Source: an uncultured Roseovarius sp.
GTDB taxonomy: Bacteria > Pseudomonadota > Alphaproteobacteria > Rhodobacterales > Rhodobacteraceae
Reading direction: 5' to 3'
Length of the DNA: 64,000 nt
Assembly (NCBI GenBank): GCA_951812895.1
Contig: OX638333.1
Location: 112,366 to 176,365 of the forward strand
The translations under genes were made by a program, and so were the position numbers. Of the stretch, positions 27,280 to 36,171 are shown piece by piece; position 1 is the first letter of the stretch, and each line of letters starts with the position of its first letter. The notes below the pieces were generated by a model. The model saw nothing but the letters and a program-made list of their open reading frames with translations, was not told where the DNA came from and searched no databases.

Positions 27280-27439
27280 CGTCGATCCTTTCGGTTGTTT
27301 CTAGTTTTTCGCGGGTCTGTTTTGTGCGTTCGGACTTCTTGCCGGAACTGCGGGCGCTGAACCACGTAGCCGCCAAGGCGATTGCCCCGGCGATGTACGG
27401 CCAGAACTCGGCAATCAGTGAGGAAATCAAGCCGGTCAT
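27215..27439 (-). CDS. i-spanin-like protein
   Basis: N-terminal TM plus charged helix; coupled to endolysin. Confidence 0.65.
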   Translation of the reverse strand: MTGLISSLIAEFWPYIAGAIALAATWFSARSSGKKSERTKQTREKLETTERIDDAIHGDSSNLGWRDRLQQRDK

Positions 27440-28143
27440 CAACGTCTCCCCCGCTTCCAGTCCTTCCAACGGGACAGCATGACCAGACTGACGCCTATCA
27501 GTGTAAGGGCCACGAAGGCCCACTGGATTGCCTCTGCATGCTGTATGAGGGGTTGAAGCTTGCTAGCGGCCCCTTGGGCATCAGCTCCCAGCTTTGCCAG
27601 CTCTCCAGCGGCGACAGAGCCCGTGGTGCCGATAGCGGCACCTGTGCCCCCTGTCATTGTCTTGGATTGGGACAAGCCGCGAGGAGCCTTGCGATTGAGC
27701 CACGGTCCGACCTTGAAGCCAGGGCAGGCTTTGGCGGCGACCTCGTTGTGACCAATCACTTTTTTGATGGAAGGGAATTTTCGACGCAATTCAGCAATTC
27801 GTTTGCGAAGCGCGACCGCTTGTTCATGTGTGAAATGATCCTCGAACTGGTCATTTTCCGAGGAAGCCGCCCCGCCAATCAGACAGAGGTGAATCGTCCG
27901 TTTGTTGTGGCCTCTTGCTCCCGCTGTGACATGTTCCCAAGGGTCCCCGTCGTTATCCAGATCGCGCCCGATAGCCTCATCGCCATTGCGGCCAATGATC
28001 CAAGCGTAGCCGTTCCCCAGCCAGCCACGATCCTCGACGTGCCAGCGTGTGATTTCGTCGCGCTGTTCCTCAACCGATGCATCAGCCATCCAGCCCGTAT
28101 GTGTGGCCGAACAATGCACCATGATCGTGTCAACGTGTCTCAT
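27439..28143 (-). CDS. N-acetylmuramoyl-L-alanine amidase endolysin with C-terminal membrane segments
   Basis: IMVHCSAT, GAHARGHN-like GARGHN, GHNEVAAKACPGF; hydrophobic C-terminus. Confidence 0.9.
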   Translation of the reverse strand: MRHVDTIMVHCSATHTGWMADASVEEQRDEITRWHVEDRGWLGNGYAWIIGRNGDEAIGRDLDNDGDPWEHVTAGARGHNKRTIHLCLIGGAASSENDQFEDHFTHEQAVALRKRIAELRRKFPSIKKVIGHNEVAAKACPGFKVGPWLNRKAPRGLSQSKTMTGGTGAAIGTTGSVAAGELAKLGADAQGAASKLQPLIQHAEAIQWAFVALTLIGVSLVMLSRWKDWKRGRR

Positions 28144-28661
28144 ATTCCGTCCTCCAGGATAAACGCTTCGGACAGGAAGCTCCCCGCGATCACGCGGTCC
28201 CCATCGAAGAAGCGATAGTCAGTTTTCAGGTTGTGAGCGCCAACCGGCAGGTTGGGTTGCTCTTGATGCCCGATCCACCACCAAAGAGGGTGATAAGTGC
28301 AGTATTTGGTTTCTGTGGAATATGGGATTTCCGTTGACCATTCCCGGTCGTCGTAATGGTTACGATCTTCGGTCAGGTTACGCATGGACGTTCGATACTG
28401 GCCCGGGCTATTCGTCAGAAGCACAACATCCGCCGCCACAAACAGATCATCGCCCGGAGCGATGCTGTCGGCCTCGACCCCGCTTTGAATGCAGGTATCG
28501 GAATCGCCCCCAATCTCACTGAGTGCAACCACTCGAATAGAGCGCACTTCGATGTACGAACTGATATCCGGTTTGGTTTGGATGCTAAAAATGATGTACC
28601 CAAGACCGATCAAAAGGACGCCCGGCATTATCTTCAGGCGAATTCGTTGCACTCTATCCAT
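28140..28661 (-). CDS. Membrane-anchored hypothetical protein
   Basis: N-terminal TM then soluble domain with two Cys. Confidence 0.6.
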   Translation of the reverse strand: MDRVQRIRLKIMPGVLLIGLGYIIFSIQTKPDISSYIEVRSIRVVALSEIGGDSDTCIQSGVEADSIAPGDDLFVAADVVLLTNSPGQYRTSMRNLTEDRNHYDDREWSTEIPYSTETKYCTYHPLWWWIGHQEQPNLPVGAHNLKTDYRFFDGDRVIAGSFLSEAFILEDGI

Positions 28662-29044
28662 TACGAACGTCCTCGAATGATTAACAGGAAACTTCGCAGT
28701 CGGACCGGGTCGGTGATGATTTTGCCGATCAACTCACCGAAAGCTGCCCAAAACCCGGCAACGGGTATCAGGTAGATTTCTCTGGGCCACCCCGCCATAT
28801 CCAGAGTGGCTTCGGTCAAGAGCCAGGACCAAACCAACCCAACCGCGATCCCACGAAGCGTCAGTCTTGCGCCCTCGCGGCCCTCAACTGGTCGACGTAT
28901 GAAAACAGCACCGGCTGCGGCGGCTACCCAGAACACACCCGGATATCCGGTCCAATGTTCCACCATCAGGCCAAACGACCCGAAGCCGCTGACTTTTGCC
29001 GCAAAGGTCGCAGCATCGATTGCCGCTTGTGATTTGATTGTCAT
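28661..29044 (-). CDS. Holin-like multi-TM protein
   Basis: Three to four hydrophobic segments; upstream of endolysin. Confidence 0.55.
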   Translation of the reverse strand: MTIKSQAAIDAATFAAKVSGFGSFGLMVEHWTGYPGVFWVAAAAGAVFIRRPVEGREGARLTLRGIAVGLVWSWLLTEATLDMAGWPREIYLIPVAGFWAAFGELIGKIITDPVRLRSFLLIIRGRS

Positions 29045-29130
29045 GTCTACTCACTCAGTTGATCGTTTCAGATCACCGGGGATTTTTGTTATTCGCCGCC
29101 CGGTACGGGTTTGCTCACCCCTTTGAAGGG

Positions 29131-29481
29131 CTATCGCCATTTCCAGATGATCACTGCGGCCACCATCAAAAAGCGGCGCCAGCTTGGAACACCCCCAGCC
29201 ACCAATGCATCCGCGAAGGGGCCGGCAGCCGCGGTGCGCGACCATCCTTGGGTCAATGCGTAGTCATGCAGGCAGGCGGCCTTCAGATATCGCGGATCAT
29301 GTGGGTTAAAGAGCCACCCAAAGCCCCGAACAGACACGTCGAAACCGAACCCCTCTGGCACGGTCAGAAACGCGCCGGACCCGATCACGCCAATCTCCCA
29401 AGTCACGTCTTTGGTAGTGCGATAAAATCGTGTGTTTGAGACTGGTGCGTACCAGTCTTGCAGGTCAGTAAAAGCTGACAT
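29131..29481 (-). CDS. DUF1353-family protein
   Basis: TVPEGFGFDVSV, YLKAACLHDYAL. Confidence 0.78.
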   Translation of the reverse strand: MSAFTDLQDWYAPVSNTRFYRTTKDVTWEIGVIGSGAFLTVPEGFGFDVSVRGFGWLFNPHDPRYLKAACLHDYALTQGWSRTAAAGPFADALVAGGVPSWRRFLMVAAVIIWKWR

Positions 29482-29484
29482 CGA

Positions 29485-30498
29485 TCACAGAACGACGACG
29501 ATACATTTACCCGATCCACCGGCGGCACCAAACCCTCCACCACCGCTGGGGGTAGACCCCGCGGATGATGAAGCACCACCATTCCCCGCATAAAGCGAAG
29601 CGCCACCGGAACGGTACCCACCACCGCCACCGCCATAGATCGCAGCGCCACCGCTATAGCTCGCAATGCCACCAAATCTGGTGGCCCCACCCCCACCAGC
29701 AGCGCCACCAAAGATGCTGGACGCATCCGCACCAGGGCTGGAACCACCCCCAATGCTGCCCCCGGCGTTGCTCGCTCCGGCCGCGAGTTCTCCGCCCCCA
29801 CCGCCAAAGGAACTGCGGAACCCCCGTCCACCGCCATAGGCCGTGACCAAAGCTCCGAATGTCGTGTTGCCACCCGCAACACCAGCAGCACCCCCCGCAC
29901 CGATTGTTACGGAGTACGAACTCGACAGATCGCCTGCCCGTGCCAGATATTCGCTGAATGCGCCGCCACCGCCACCGGAACGGTACCCACCACCGCCACC
30001 GCCACCCCAACACTGGATGAGAACGGCTCTGTCGGCGTTTAGACCGACCGGTTTGTTCCAGGTTCCGCTTTCGGTAAACACCTGATGATCGAAGACTGTC
30101 GAGTTGCTGTTGCCTCCGCCTGATAAGACGTAGAATTTGTTCGAGTGGTAGAGAAGTAAATCGTAGCCGTCCTGAACCAGGTCCCCGGATGCAAGCGCCG
30201 ATCCATCGTTCTTTACGATGGATTTAGCCCCTACGCTGTCGATATTGAGCGTTTCAGATGAGCCCGTGTTCGCGTTCGGCCATTTGATCGTGAAGTGCAT
30301 CCCGTCAACGAGATTGTCAGCATCGAAATCCGGGTCTACATCCGCGGTGTAAGTATCGGTTCCGGCCGCACTGGTCAGATGCAGCGTTGAGGCGTCAAAG
30401 AGGATCTTCAACAGATCATCGTACTGGCCCATGAAATCATCGCCTGCGACGGATGTGGAAGTCTCGTTGTATCGGGTACGTGTTGCCATCAGGTCCAA
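29485..30498 (-). CDS. Tail fibre with glycine-rich C-terminal domain
   Basis: ANTGSSETLNIDSVGAKSI; WGGGGGGG and poly-Gly repeats. Confidence 0.8.
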   Translation of the reverse strand: MDLMATRTRYNETSTSVAGDDFMGQYDDLLKILFDASTLHLTSAAGTDTYTADVDPDFDADNLVDGMHFTIKWPNANTGSSETLNIDSVGAKSIVKNDGSALASGDLVQDGYDLLLYHSNKFYVLSGGGNSNSTVFDHQVFTESGTWNKPVGLNADRAVLIQCWGGGGGGGYRSGGGGGAFSEYLARAGDLSSSYSVTIGAGGAAGVAGGNTTFGALVTAYGGGRGFRSSFGGGGGELAAGASNAGGSIGGGSSPGADASSIFGGAAGGGGATRFGGIASYSGGAAIYGGGGGGYRSGGASLYAGNGGASSSAGSTPSGGGGFGAAGGSGKCIVVVL

Positions 30499-33164
30499 AG
30501 CTCCGGTGCTTCATCGACACAAGTCAGGGTGAACTGCAGATCGGAACGCGACTGCATCCCCACCACGATCATGCGTCGGGTTTCTTCATTCAAAGGGCCA
30601 ACCGCTGCGAGAATTCCTTCGTCGAGCCCGGTTGCAGAAACGGGTGCGGCAAACTCAAGCCAATCGGTCTCGCCGGTCGTTCCGGTCAAAGTGTGCGTGG
30701 TGCGGGTGTTGTTCGTGCGGTTCAAAATAACGCCGGTCTTGGCTCCGATGAGAGCCACGTCAGTTTCGGTTTCCAGATTGGTCACATCTTCGAAGTAGTC
30801 CTCGAAATACACCTTCACCTTGTCGTCCAGACGGATGCGCGTCACGTCTCCGTCGTTGTCTGTTTCAAAGTCCACAATTCGGCCCTGGCCCATACGGCCT
30901 GTCATCATGTCATGCGTGAGCCCGATCAATGAACCCCTGCGGCAGACAATTGCTGAAGATGGGGCTTCAAAAGACCAGAACGCACCACGCAACTTGGCGC
31001 TTTCAAGATCGTAAGCCACACGCTCTTCTACTTCGGCCACAGTGACCAGAGGGTCGAATGTGACCTGCTCCACCCGTGCCGATCCCTCGTTTTTTGGGTC
31101 CGGCCAGACGGTGATTTGTCTGCGTTCGTAACTTCGGTCTCGGTCCTCGAATGTGGCTCGCATCCCGTGTGGCAGCATTGGGAAGGCCTTTTCCCATCGC
31201 ACATCCGCGGCGTTTCTTGGCGTAAACAACTGCACAGGTGTTTCGGCGGACCGGTCATAGTCCCGAATTACGCCCCAGATTTCACTTTCATAGGGTCGGG
31301 CATACCCCGCGGATGCAATGACGCGCGTCACGTCTTTGACAGACTCACCCTCGAAAATCGCGTTGGCCTCATAGCCCGCCGATGCACAAGCGGTGCGCCA
31401 TGACACCAAACCGTCATCATCGACAATGGCTTCGGGCACAGGGTCGGCGTTCAACATACCCGCAATCACATCGCGGTAATGTGGGGCCGGATTCGACGAA
31501 GTCACCCAATCGACCCAACCCGATCCGTCCCAATCCTGTGTGTAGCCGGACGCAACAACGCTTAAGTTCTCAACCGACTTGTTGCGAGCCCGGATCGCAA
31601 TGAGGGCCAAACCGTCCCGGGCAACCGGTGCTTCGTTACGAATGCTGACACCGCGGGCTAAGATCACGTTGTTGGCGATCCCGTCCTGATCTTCCTGTAT
31701 CTCAGGTCCCACACCAGTCTGATACCAGAATGGATCCTTAACAGCGCCACCGATGGTGTAATTCGTGTCTGAATATTGTGCTGATCGGATTGCGTATCCG
31801 CGCTTAATCTCTATCTCATAGCGACCCTTTGGGAATGTAGCCGTGTCGAGGTAAATCTTGGCCTCGTAGCGATCCATGCGAACGTTCTGGATTTTGGTCG
31901 ATCCGAGATTGTCCTTGTCCATCCAGTCATCGGAACCGCTGCCCTTGTCGAAGTCACCATGTGAGGTGTATGCGACAGACGAGGGTGCCGCCGTCTGTTC
32001 CTTGGTGGCGATACGCGCCTCGACCCACCCCTTCGCCTCTGACGCCGCTTCTGTTACCGACGGGCTGTCCTGCCAGATAAGCTGGATCGTCGCACGCTGT
32101 TCCGAGATATCGGCAGCTTCGTAGTGCAGTTCCGGCAAGTTGGTCCAAGTGGTTTCACCTGCAGGGCGAATGCGGAGCCGAAACGGGATACGCATCAACT
32201 CTGTATCGGATGCCTTGCGGTGCAAGCCTTGCGGCATAACGATCTGCAACCATGCTTCGTCGGGGGATTCCCTGGTGGCGTATTGCAGAGGTTGGGGAAG
32301 CGCGTCGTCGAAGCTGCCCGTCGCACTCTCAAGAACCGTACCGTCGTCGCCGCTGACCGTGTGCCCGACCAACTCGGAGCGCAGGGGTTCCGCGCGTGTC
32401 TGACGGGTAACCAATGTAAGTTTTGGGTCACCGGCCCAACCTTCGCGCGTCTCAAATTCAACACCGGACATATCGCCGATGGCCGCATCTTTGATCTTAA
32501 TGTCCGCCAGTTGGTGCGGGCCTGCCAGACCGACCACGACTTCAACCACCTCGTCGAAGCCGGAGAAATAAGTGAATGGCTCGGCCAGAAACGGCGGGTA
32601 GACTTTACGAGTTCCCACAACGCGCGGGATCGAACCGTTTTGGCTCAGAACGTTCCCCTGGGCCGCTGCGGAACCGCGTTGTTCGGGCTTCGGGCCTTCT
32701 GGCGCCGGATCGAGTGTTGGGGTGCCAACAAGTGCACTGATCAGCGTTGCACCGGAAAAACCAACAACGCCGGCCAAGACATTTGCGAAAACAACGTTTC
32801 CCGCCGTAAGGCCACCCAGAATAGTACCGGAAGCGATACCACCTGTGACGGCCGTAAGTGCAATCGCCGCCACAATGGCGAGCGGGTTCTTTTCGCCGCC
32901 ACCACCCATAGGGGGCGCGTGGAACGTCACCTCAACCCTTGTGCCGTTGGCTAACTTGGCTTTCGGTGTCACGAGATGCCAGGCACCGCGCGGAACGACC
33001 TCGTTTTGTACGCATATCACATCATGCTCATGCCGGGGCCAGCCCTTGGGCAGGCTTTTGACCAGGGCCACCATTTCGGCCAATGTGGTGCGTTCCGATA
33101 GATAATAGGTATGCGGCGCGAGCGACAACATCGGCTCGCGGTGGACCGCCATGATCTTAGACAT
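30489..33164 (-). CDS. Tail tip / host-specificity protein
   Basis: IPRVVGTRKVYPP, TSSNPAPHY; follows NlpC/P60. Confidence 0.85.
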   Translation of the reverse strand: MSKIMAVHREPMLSLAPHTYYLSERTTLAEMVALVKSLPKGWPRHEHDVICVQNEVVPRGAWHLVTPKAKLANGTRVEVTFHAPPMGGGGEKNPLAIVAAIALTAVTGGIASGTILGGLTAGNVVFANVLAGVVGFSGATLISALVGTPTLDPAPEGPKPEQRGSAAAQGNVLSQNGSIPRVVGTRKVYPPFLAEPFTYFSGFDEVVEVVVGLAGPHQLADIKIKDAAIGDMSGVEFETREGWAGDPKLTLVTRQTRAEPLRSELVGHTVSGDDGTVLESATGSFDDALPQPLQYATRESPDEAWLQIVMPQGLHRKASDTELMRIPFRLRIRPAGETTWTNLPELHYEAADISEQRATIQLIWQDSPSVTEAASEAKGWVEARIATKEQTAAPSSVAYTSHGDFDKGSGSDDWMDKDNLGSTKIQNVRMDRYEAKIYLDTATFPKGRYEIEIKRGYAIRSAQYSDTNYTIGGAVKDPFWYQTGVGPEIQEDQDGIANNVILARGVSIRNEAPVARDGLALIAIRARNKSVENLSVVASGYTQDWDGSGWVDWVTSSNPAPHYRDVIAGMLNADPVPEAIVDDDGLVSWRTACASAGYEANAIFEGESVKDVTRVIASAGYARPYESEIWGVIRDYDRSAETPVQLFTPRNAADVRWEKAFPMLPHGMRATFEDRDRSYERRQITVWPDPKNEGSARVEQVTFDPLVTVAEVEERVAYDLESAKLRGAFWSFEAPSSAIVCRRGSLIGLTHDMMTGRMGQGRIVDFETDNDGDVTRIRLDDKVKVYFEDYFEDVTNLETETDVALIGAKTGVILNRTNNTRTTHTLTGTTGETDWLEFAAPVSATGLDEGILAAVGPLNEETRRMIVVGMQSRSDLQFTLTCVDEAPELWT

Positions 33165-33165
33165 T

Positions 33166-33570
33166 TTAGGTCAGATATCTCCGATAACCGCAAATGCGGT
33201 GTGCGATTGAGTAATGCGTTGCGGGCACAAGACAGGACGCGGTCGCTGTTTCCGTGTGCAACACCTTGCCGCCGCCGGCGAAGATCCCGACATGTGACGC
33301 AACCCGCCCCATTGTGCTGAGCATCAAAACCGCATCGAACGGTTGAGGTTCTGATACGCCCACCCAGGGATCAGCATTTTCGCCGCGCTTGATCGCCCGA
33401 ACGATCCGCATGGTCTGCGTGGCGCTCACCTCCCCGTAAGCGGGTAGTTCGACCCCAAGTTCCCGAGCGTAGATCAGCCGAAGCAACCCCCAGCAATCAA
33501 CACCCGACATGTCCCGACCGCCGTCAACGAAAGGCAGGCCGACATAGGCAGCGATGTGGGGGCTTACCAC
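33166..33570 (-). CDS. NlpC/P60 tail protein
   Basis: YVGLPFVDGGRDMSGVDCWGL, HVGI, VLHT. Confidence 0.9.
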   Translation of the reverse strand: MVSPHIAAYVGLPFVDGGRDMSGVDCWGLLRLIYARELGVELPAYGEVSATQTMRIVRAIKRGENADPWVGVSEPQPFDAVLMLSTMGRVASHVGIFAGGGKVLHTETATASCLVPATHYSIAHRICGYRRYLT

Positions 33571-34076
33571 CAAAGACCCGGGCAAATGTCTTCGGTCGCG
33601 CGAATGTAGGGCCACGGTTCGGTCGCGTAGTCGCGAAGGGCTGCACGGGCTTTCACCTGCAGCACATCAACCGAAACACTGCGAAGCGAGAATTCCTGCA
33701 GCGCATAAATCGGTGATGGCGTGACGCTTTCGACGCGAGGACCTACGGAGATGTCAAAATCCGCCGTGCTGATCAGGTAAAGCGCGATCTTCGCCGGGGT
33801 TATCGCCTTTTCAAGCGCCCGGCCGATTTCCCGGTCAATGTTCTGCACGGTGATTTCTGTAAATGTGGCGTTCTCGTCATCCGTTGCGGGTTTGGCGTCA
33901 AATACGATCCCCTTCCATGTCTCGCCGCCCCAGATGTAATCCACATTGTCGGCAACCACGCGAATTGGTGTGGACAGGTTGTCGTGTTCGACCTTCAGAA
34001 AGGCTACCAGAGCATGCGGCGAGTGCGCCGCGTCCAGATCGGCCCGTTGCGTTGTGGTGACAGTGCGTTCGCTCAC
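33564..34076 (-). CDS. Minor tail protein (DUF1833-like)
   Basis: LKVEHDNL..PIRVV, ITVQNIDREI. Confidence 0.8.
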   Translation of the reverse strand: MSERTVTTTQRADLDAAHSPHALVAFLKVEHDNLSTPIRVVADNVDYIWGGETWKGIVFDAKPATDDENATFTEITVQNIDREIGRALEKAITPAKIALYLISTADFDISVGPRVESVTPSPIYALQEFSLRSVSVDVLQVKARAALRDYATEPWPYIRATEDICPGLWW

Positions 34077-34483
34077 CCCATGACCCCAAAGCGATCTGGT
34101 GGTGCTAGTTGAACCGTCCCGCCGTTTCCATCGTCAACGTCACGTGGCGTGCGATCATAGACAGCATCGTAAAGCGTGACGGCATCGCTATCGTCAAAAA
34201 GTGCCGTGTACACAGCATTCGCGGAAGTGGCGGGATCACCAGCGAACGTAACTTCAGCCAGAATGGTAACCCCCGGTGCGGCAGCACGGTATAGTGCTGC
34301 GTCTTCGACCGTGATGCGAATATAAGTTAGAGCCGCGATACCGTTCATGACCATTGGCGTGCCATCAAAACCGGCCAACCCCGTTCCTTGATCGTTTACC
34401 CGACCGGGATCATTTTGAGCAAAGAACCCCACCAGCGCCGGAACATCTGAAATGTGTATGATCGCATCAATGTAATCGGTCAT
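34073..34483 (-). CDS. Hypothetical protein, possible fibre chaperone
   Basis: 136 aa directly downstream of fibre-like gene. Confidence 0.6.
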   Translation of the reverse strand: MTDYIDAIIHISDVPALVGFFAQNDPGRVNDQGTGLAGFDGTPMVMNGIAALTYIRITVEDAALYRAAAPGVTILAEVTFAGDPATSANAVYTALFDDSDAVTLYDAVYDRTPRDVDDGNGGTVQLAPPDRFGVMG

Positions 34484-34492
34484 GGTCGCCTC

Positions 34493-35710
34493 CTATGTGC
34501 CGGACAGGGCTTCAAGGTCGGTGTTCGACAGGCGTGTGGGGTAAAAGACAATGTTTTTGATCCACATGCCGGCGTTCCCACCTGCCGAGTTTGGAACCGT
34601 CGCTCCAATGCGACCTGCGGAGATGGTGGGGGGTACGGTGCCGGAAGTATCCGTGGCCACAATATTGCCGTCGCTGGTGATCGCGTAATCGTTGGCTTTA
34701 TAGGCCATTGCAGTTTTTTTGAACTGTCCCGTATCCGAAACCCCTGTAGATATTCGCGCCTGCGCCACGCCGCCAACCGCTGAAAACAGAAAGAGGTTTT
34801 CGCCGCTTCCATTGTACAACAGCATGCGATTGCTGCCGTCGGCGCCAATGGCGAGAGCGCCGCGGGCTCCGGAGGCCTGGCCGCTATCTCCGGCGAATTT
34901 CACTTCTGTTGCGATAGCCCCTTCTGTTGCCGGAATTGCAGCAAGGGCCGTGGCCGAAAGCACAGCTCGATCTGCGGCACGCGTCACCGCGGACGTTGTG
35001 GTAACGATTGGCGACGATACAAACGCTGCTTTCTCGTGCTGGGCATGGTGAACCACAACGGTCTCGCCGTTTTGTGACGTGCCGCTCGGATATATGTAAA
35101 CACTGCGACGATTGCCGGAATTCACCGGTGTACCGGTTACCGTGAGGCGTACCAACTGACCCCCATTTGGCCCAGTGCCCCAATCTTCTACCGTAACACT
35201 GGTGCTAGTGCCTTGTTGAGAGAAGGAGACAACAGCTCCCAAGCCGGACCAGGTCAATTCACCGAACACAACCCAACCGGAAGGAGCACCCAGATCGTAG
35301 AACCCGATACCGCTCTTTACCGCGTCGACATTTTCCAGAATTACGGAATATGTTTCCGCCGAGGCGGTTAGCGTGCCTGCAGATTCAATGCGGCTGCGCG
35401 CTACTGATAGGTTCTTATTTTCCAGAGAATATGCGGTTTCACCAGAAAAGATTGATGTTGCTGTGGTGATTGTGAAATCCCTGTCACCGCTCCAATCCGA
35501 ACTGGCTGAAAAGTCGTTTGAATCTGTAAGCTCATTGGTGCGCGCTTCCTCGACAAGGATACCCCGGGCCGTGCCTGTGTCGGGATCATGGTCGAACCGC
35601 ACCGCGTCAACCGCAGCCGATTGAACGACCCCGCTCGCATCGAAGTAATAGCCTGTCGAGGCACGGGTAAATGTAACCAAATTTGCAAAGCTGTCTTTTT
35701 GCAGCGTCAT
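34493..35710 (-). CDS. Head-spike-fibre-like / lectin (LamG-like) protein
   Basis: TFTRASTGYYFD, RFDHDP..RGILVEEARTN, VTRAADRA. Confidence 0.8.
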   Translation of the reverse strand: MTLQKDSFANLVTFTRASTGYYFDASGVVQSAAVDAVRFDHDPDTGTARGILVEEARTNELTDSNDFSASSDWSGDRDFTITTATSIFSGETAYSLENKNLSVARSRIESAGTLTASAETYSVILENVDAVKSGIGFYDLGAPSGWVVFGELTWSGLGAVVSFSQQGTSTSVTVEDWGTGPNGGQLVRLTVTGTPVNSGNRRSVYIYPSGTSQNGETVVVHHAQHEKAAFVSSPIVTTTSAVTRAADRAVLSATALAAIPATEGAIATEVKFAGDSGQASGARGALAIGADGSNRMLLYNGSGENLFLFSAVGGVAQARISTGVSDTGQFKKTAMAYKANDYAITSDGNIVATDTSGTVPPTISAGRIGATVPNSAGGNAGMWIKNIVFYPTRLSNTDLEALSGT

Positions 35711-36171
35711 TTATCTACTCCGAAGTTTTGATTGGCAAAGTCGAGTACAAGATCGGGGACGGCGGCCGAGGTGCCCGGAACATAGGAAGCGAACCATGGA
35801 TCGATTGCGGATCGCATGACCTGCATGGAAAGCTGAACGAAATCACCGCCCGACGCCGCCGTCATCTGGTAGGGCGGGTTGTTCTTAACGATCCGAAACC
35901 ATGCGGGATCATCTGTAAGAGGATCGCGCCAGATGAACCGGTTTGAGCCGTTTGCCAAATCATCCCTGAAAAACGCCTTGAACACCGCAAAATCCGTGAC
36001 GGACAGGTCTTCAAACGCGACCTCGAAAAGCTCAGGGTTGGCCGTAGTACGGGGCCGTTCGACAGGTTCCCCGATTTCCGGCTGAAACGACCCGCGATTG
36101 TCCATTGGACCACCGCTGTAGCGAACCGATGGGCGCAACTGGATACTTGAAGGCCAGTAGAGTGTTGTCAT
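35707..36171 (-). CDS. Distal-tail-like protein with C-terminal LVLDF extension
   Basis: After tape measure; FKAFFRDDLANGSNRFIWRDP. Confidence 0.75.
   Translation of the reverse strand: MTTLYWPSSIQLRPSVRYSGGPMDNRGSFQPEIGEPVERPRTTANPELFEVAFEDLSVTDFAVFKAFFRDDLANGSNRFIWRDPLTDDPAWFRIVKNNPPYQMTAASGGDFVQLSMQVMRSAIDPWFASYVPGTSAAVPDLVLDFANQNFGVDK

Noticed and set aside
27382-28218. Long + strand ORFs opposite prophage 2 genes (e.g. 27382-28218, 32124-32954, 44550-45314)
   Set aside because: Antisense shadows of GC-rich coding genes with no motifs or RBS.
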